Shown here: positions 63,898 to 64,000 of the stretch, piece by piece
Position numbering within the stretch: the first letter of the stretch is position 1
How the letters are laid out: every line of letters starts with the position of its first letter
Assembly (NCBI RefSeq): GCF_009834535.1
Contig: NC_045696.1
Location: forward strand, 84,756,001-84,820,000
Direction: 5' to 3'
Source: Camelus ferus
Lineage: Eukaryota
Length of the DNA stretch: 64,000 nt
Position numbers and translations under genes: made by a program
The notes under the pieces: generated by a model
The model's input: only the letters and a program-made list of their open reading frames with translations
Told to the model about the DNA's origin: nothing
The model's database searches: none

Positions 63898-64000
63898 ATA
63901 TACTTTCTTCTTATAACTTCATATAATCTTATCTCTAGCTACTGAATCCTCTTCTGCTTTTCTTTATGTATTTTGTATTTTGTAGGTATCAAACTGCTTG

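Noticed and set aside
1..64000. CRISPR array, prokaryotic operon, numt or non-retroviral viral insertion
   Set aside because: No repeat-spacer periodicity, no long ORFs, and no mitochondrial or viral motifs recognised; the content is typical mammalian repeat-rich DNA.

Overview
AT-rich, CpG-poor mammalian genomic DNA, either intergenic or deep intronic. I found no credible protein-coding exon, tRNA, rRNA or CRISPR array. The ORF track consists of LINE-1/ERV relics, microsatellite read-throughs and chance ORFs. The window is a layered transposon record: ancient MIR, L2, MER5/MER20/MER33, MLT1/MLT2, LTR33, an ERV-L (LTR16-type) provirus relic and L1M elements, plus younger cetartiodactyl-type L1 3' ends. 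The youngest L1 3'UTRs and the absence of Alu, Bov-A/Bov-tA and PRE-1 SINEs suggest a camelid (inference). A 100-N assembly gap lies at 62966-63065. I see no convincing novel biological system. The most interesting structures are: an inverted gag duplication with a fold-back junction in the ERV-L; a twin-primed L1 hosting a probable 3' transduction; ultra-short TSD-flanked L1 tips, two sharing one truncation point; an L1 with ORF1 fused to late ORF2; filler DNA with a snap-back signature; and a CpG-retaining hairpin cluster near 59.5 kb. Repeat family names come from remembered consensus sequences, not a database search, and boundaries of old elements are approximate.
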